Positions 62,851 through 64,000 of a stretch of DNA of 64,000 bases are shown here, piece after piece. A model generated the notes under the pieces. That model was not told the DNA's origin. It searched no databases and saw only the letters and a list, made by a program, of their open reading frames with translations. Origin of the DNA: Narcine bancroftii (lineage: Eukaryota). The position numbers and the translations under genes were made by a program. The DNA lies in NCBI RefSeq assembly GCF_036971445.1, contig NC_091478.1:28954001-29018000 (forward strand), read 5' to 3'. Every line of letters begins with the position of its first letter. Position 1 is the first letter of the stretch.

Positions 62851-62989
62851 AAGGAATCCTTCCGGAGCCGGGAGATGGCCATGTGAACGGTGGAGCGGGT
62901 GAGTATGGGGGACCATGGGGGTACGGTTTTCCGGGGTCGAGGGAGGGTTGGAGAAAGGCGAGGTGAAGGAGGGCACCCAGCACTGTGAC

Positions 62990-63570
62990 AGACGCAGGAA
63001 CAGAAATAGACCATTCAGCCCATAAAGTCTGCCCCGCCATCCAATCATGGATCCATTCTCCCACTGTCCGGCCTTCTCCCCATAACCTTTGATACCCTGG
63101 CTGATCAAGAACCTATCAATTTCTGCCTTTTAAAAAAAACACATGGTCTCCACAACTGCTCGGCAACAAATTCCACAGATTCACCACCCTCTGGCTGAAG
63201 AAATTCCTCTGCATCTGTTCTAACTAGACAAAATTCAATCCTGAAGATATGCTTTCTTGTCCTCGACTCTCCCACCTTTGCATCTACTCTGCCTACTCCG
63301 TTCAACATTCAAAATGTTTCAATGAGATCTCCCCCTCATTCTCCTAAATTCCAAAAAGTACAGGCCAAGAGCTGCCAAATAGTCCTAATATGATAACTCT
63401 TTCATTCCCAAAATCATCGTTGTGAACCTCCTCTGAACCCTCTCCAAAGTCAGCACATCCTTTCTTAAATGAGGAGCCCAAAACTGCTCACAATGCTCCA
63501 AGTGAGGTTTTATTGGTACCTTTACAAAGCCTCATAAAATCCCTGCTATTGTATGCTATTCCTCTAGAAA
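62990..63570 (-). mobile_element. CR1-type LINE 3' fragment
   Basis: Same family as 1024-1620 and 59527-60260. Confidence 0.8.
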
Positions 63571-64000
63571 TACTCTTTCCGACCATAACTTCCAGGGTGT
63601 GGGACATCATGAGGACAGGCTGTTCATCCCACTACCAGTGCTTCTTGGCACGGTTTTCTTTGTGTTACCCATGTACCCTTGAATTCACTTGCATGTGTTT
63701 TGGTGTTGAGTAAACTTAGTGAACCTCAGGCATTTGCCACTGTCTGGCTGGGTGGAGAGGTCTTGGTTTTGAATGGACAACTCTTTGGATTCTGAATCCT
63801 GGTTCTAGATGTAAATTTAGACATACAGGCCACTTCGCTGTAAAGGCATTGCGCTAACCGCTCTGCCAACTGTGCTCTTCTGTTTCTGAAAGCCCCAGAA
63901 AGATACAATGCCTATATATCCATACTGCCTTGTCCCCCAGTGCCACAGATGTATCAATTTTGGACATGACCAAGATCAATAAACCTTCAGACACCAATGG

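Overview
Repeat-rich vertebrate genomic DNA, most likely from a cartilaginous fish (V-SINE/HE1-like SINEs, CR1, Rex-Babar, L1, RTE and Penelope-like elements), with two assembly gaps. I reconstructed three protein-coding genes exon by exon. (1) A minus-strand pancreatic lipase-family gene has 9 coding exons in the window (19691->254) and runs off the left edge. Its reading frame is open and the catalytic Asp and His are kept, but the nucleophile motif reads GHGLG instead of GHSLG, so it is a candidate secreted pseudo-lipase. (2) A complete plus-strand TAF5 has 10 coding exons (29663-50036). (3) A minus-strand ATP5MK (USMG5/DAPIT, 61 aa) has its first exon in a CpG-rich, CCAAT-rich, probably bidirectional promoter at about 62.5-62.9 kb; by synteny the partner is expected to be PDCD11. 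Introns hold a CsRn1-like Gypsy element, two young RTE LINE copies with target-site duplications (TSDs), an L1 composite with long inverted repeats, several MITEs, Penelope-like short repeats with hammerhead-ribozyme-like cores, and a 40-copy G-rich array derived from a CR1 3' end. Comparisons to human genes and named element families are from memory; no database search was run.
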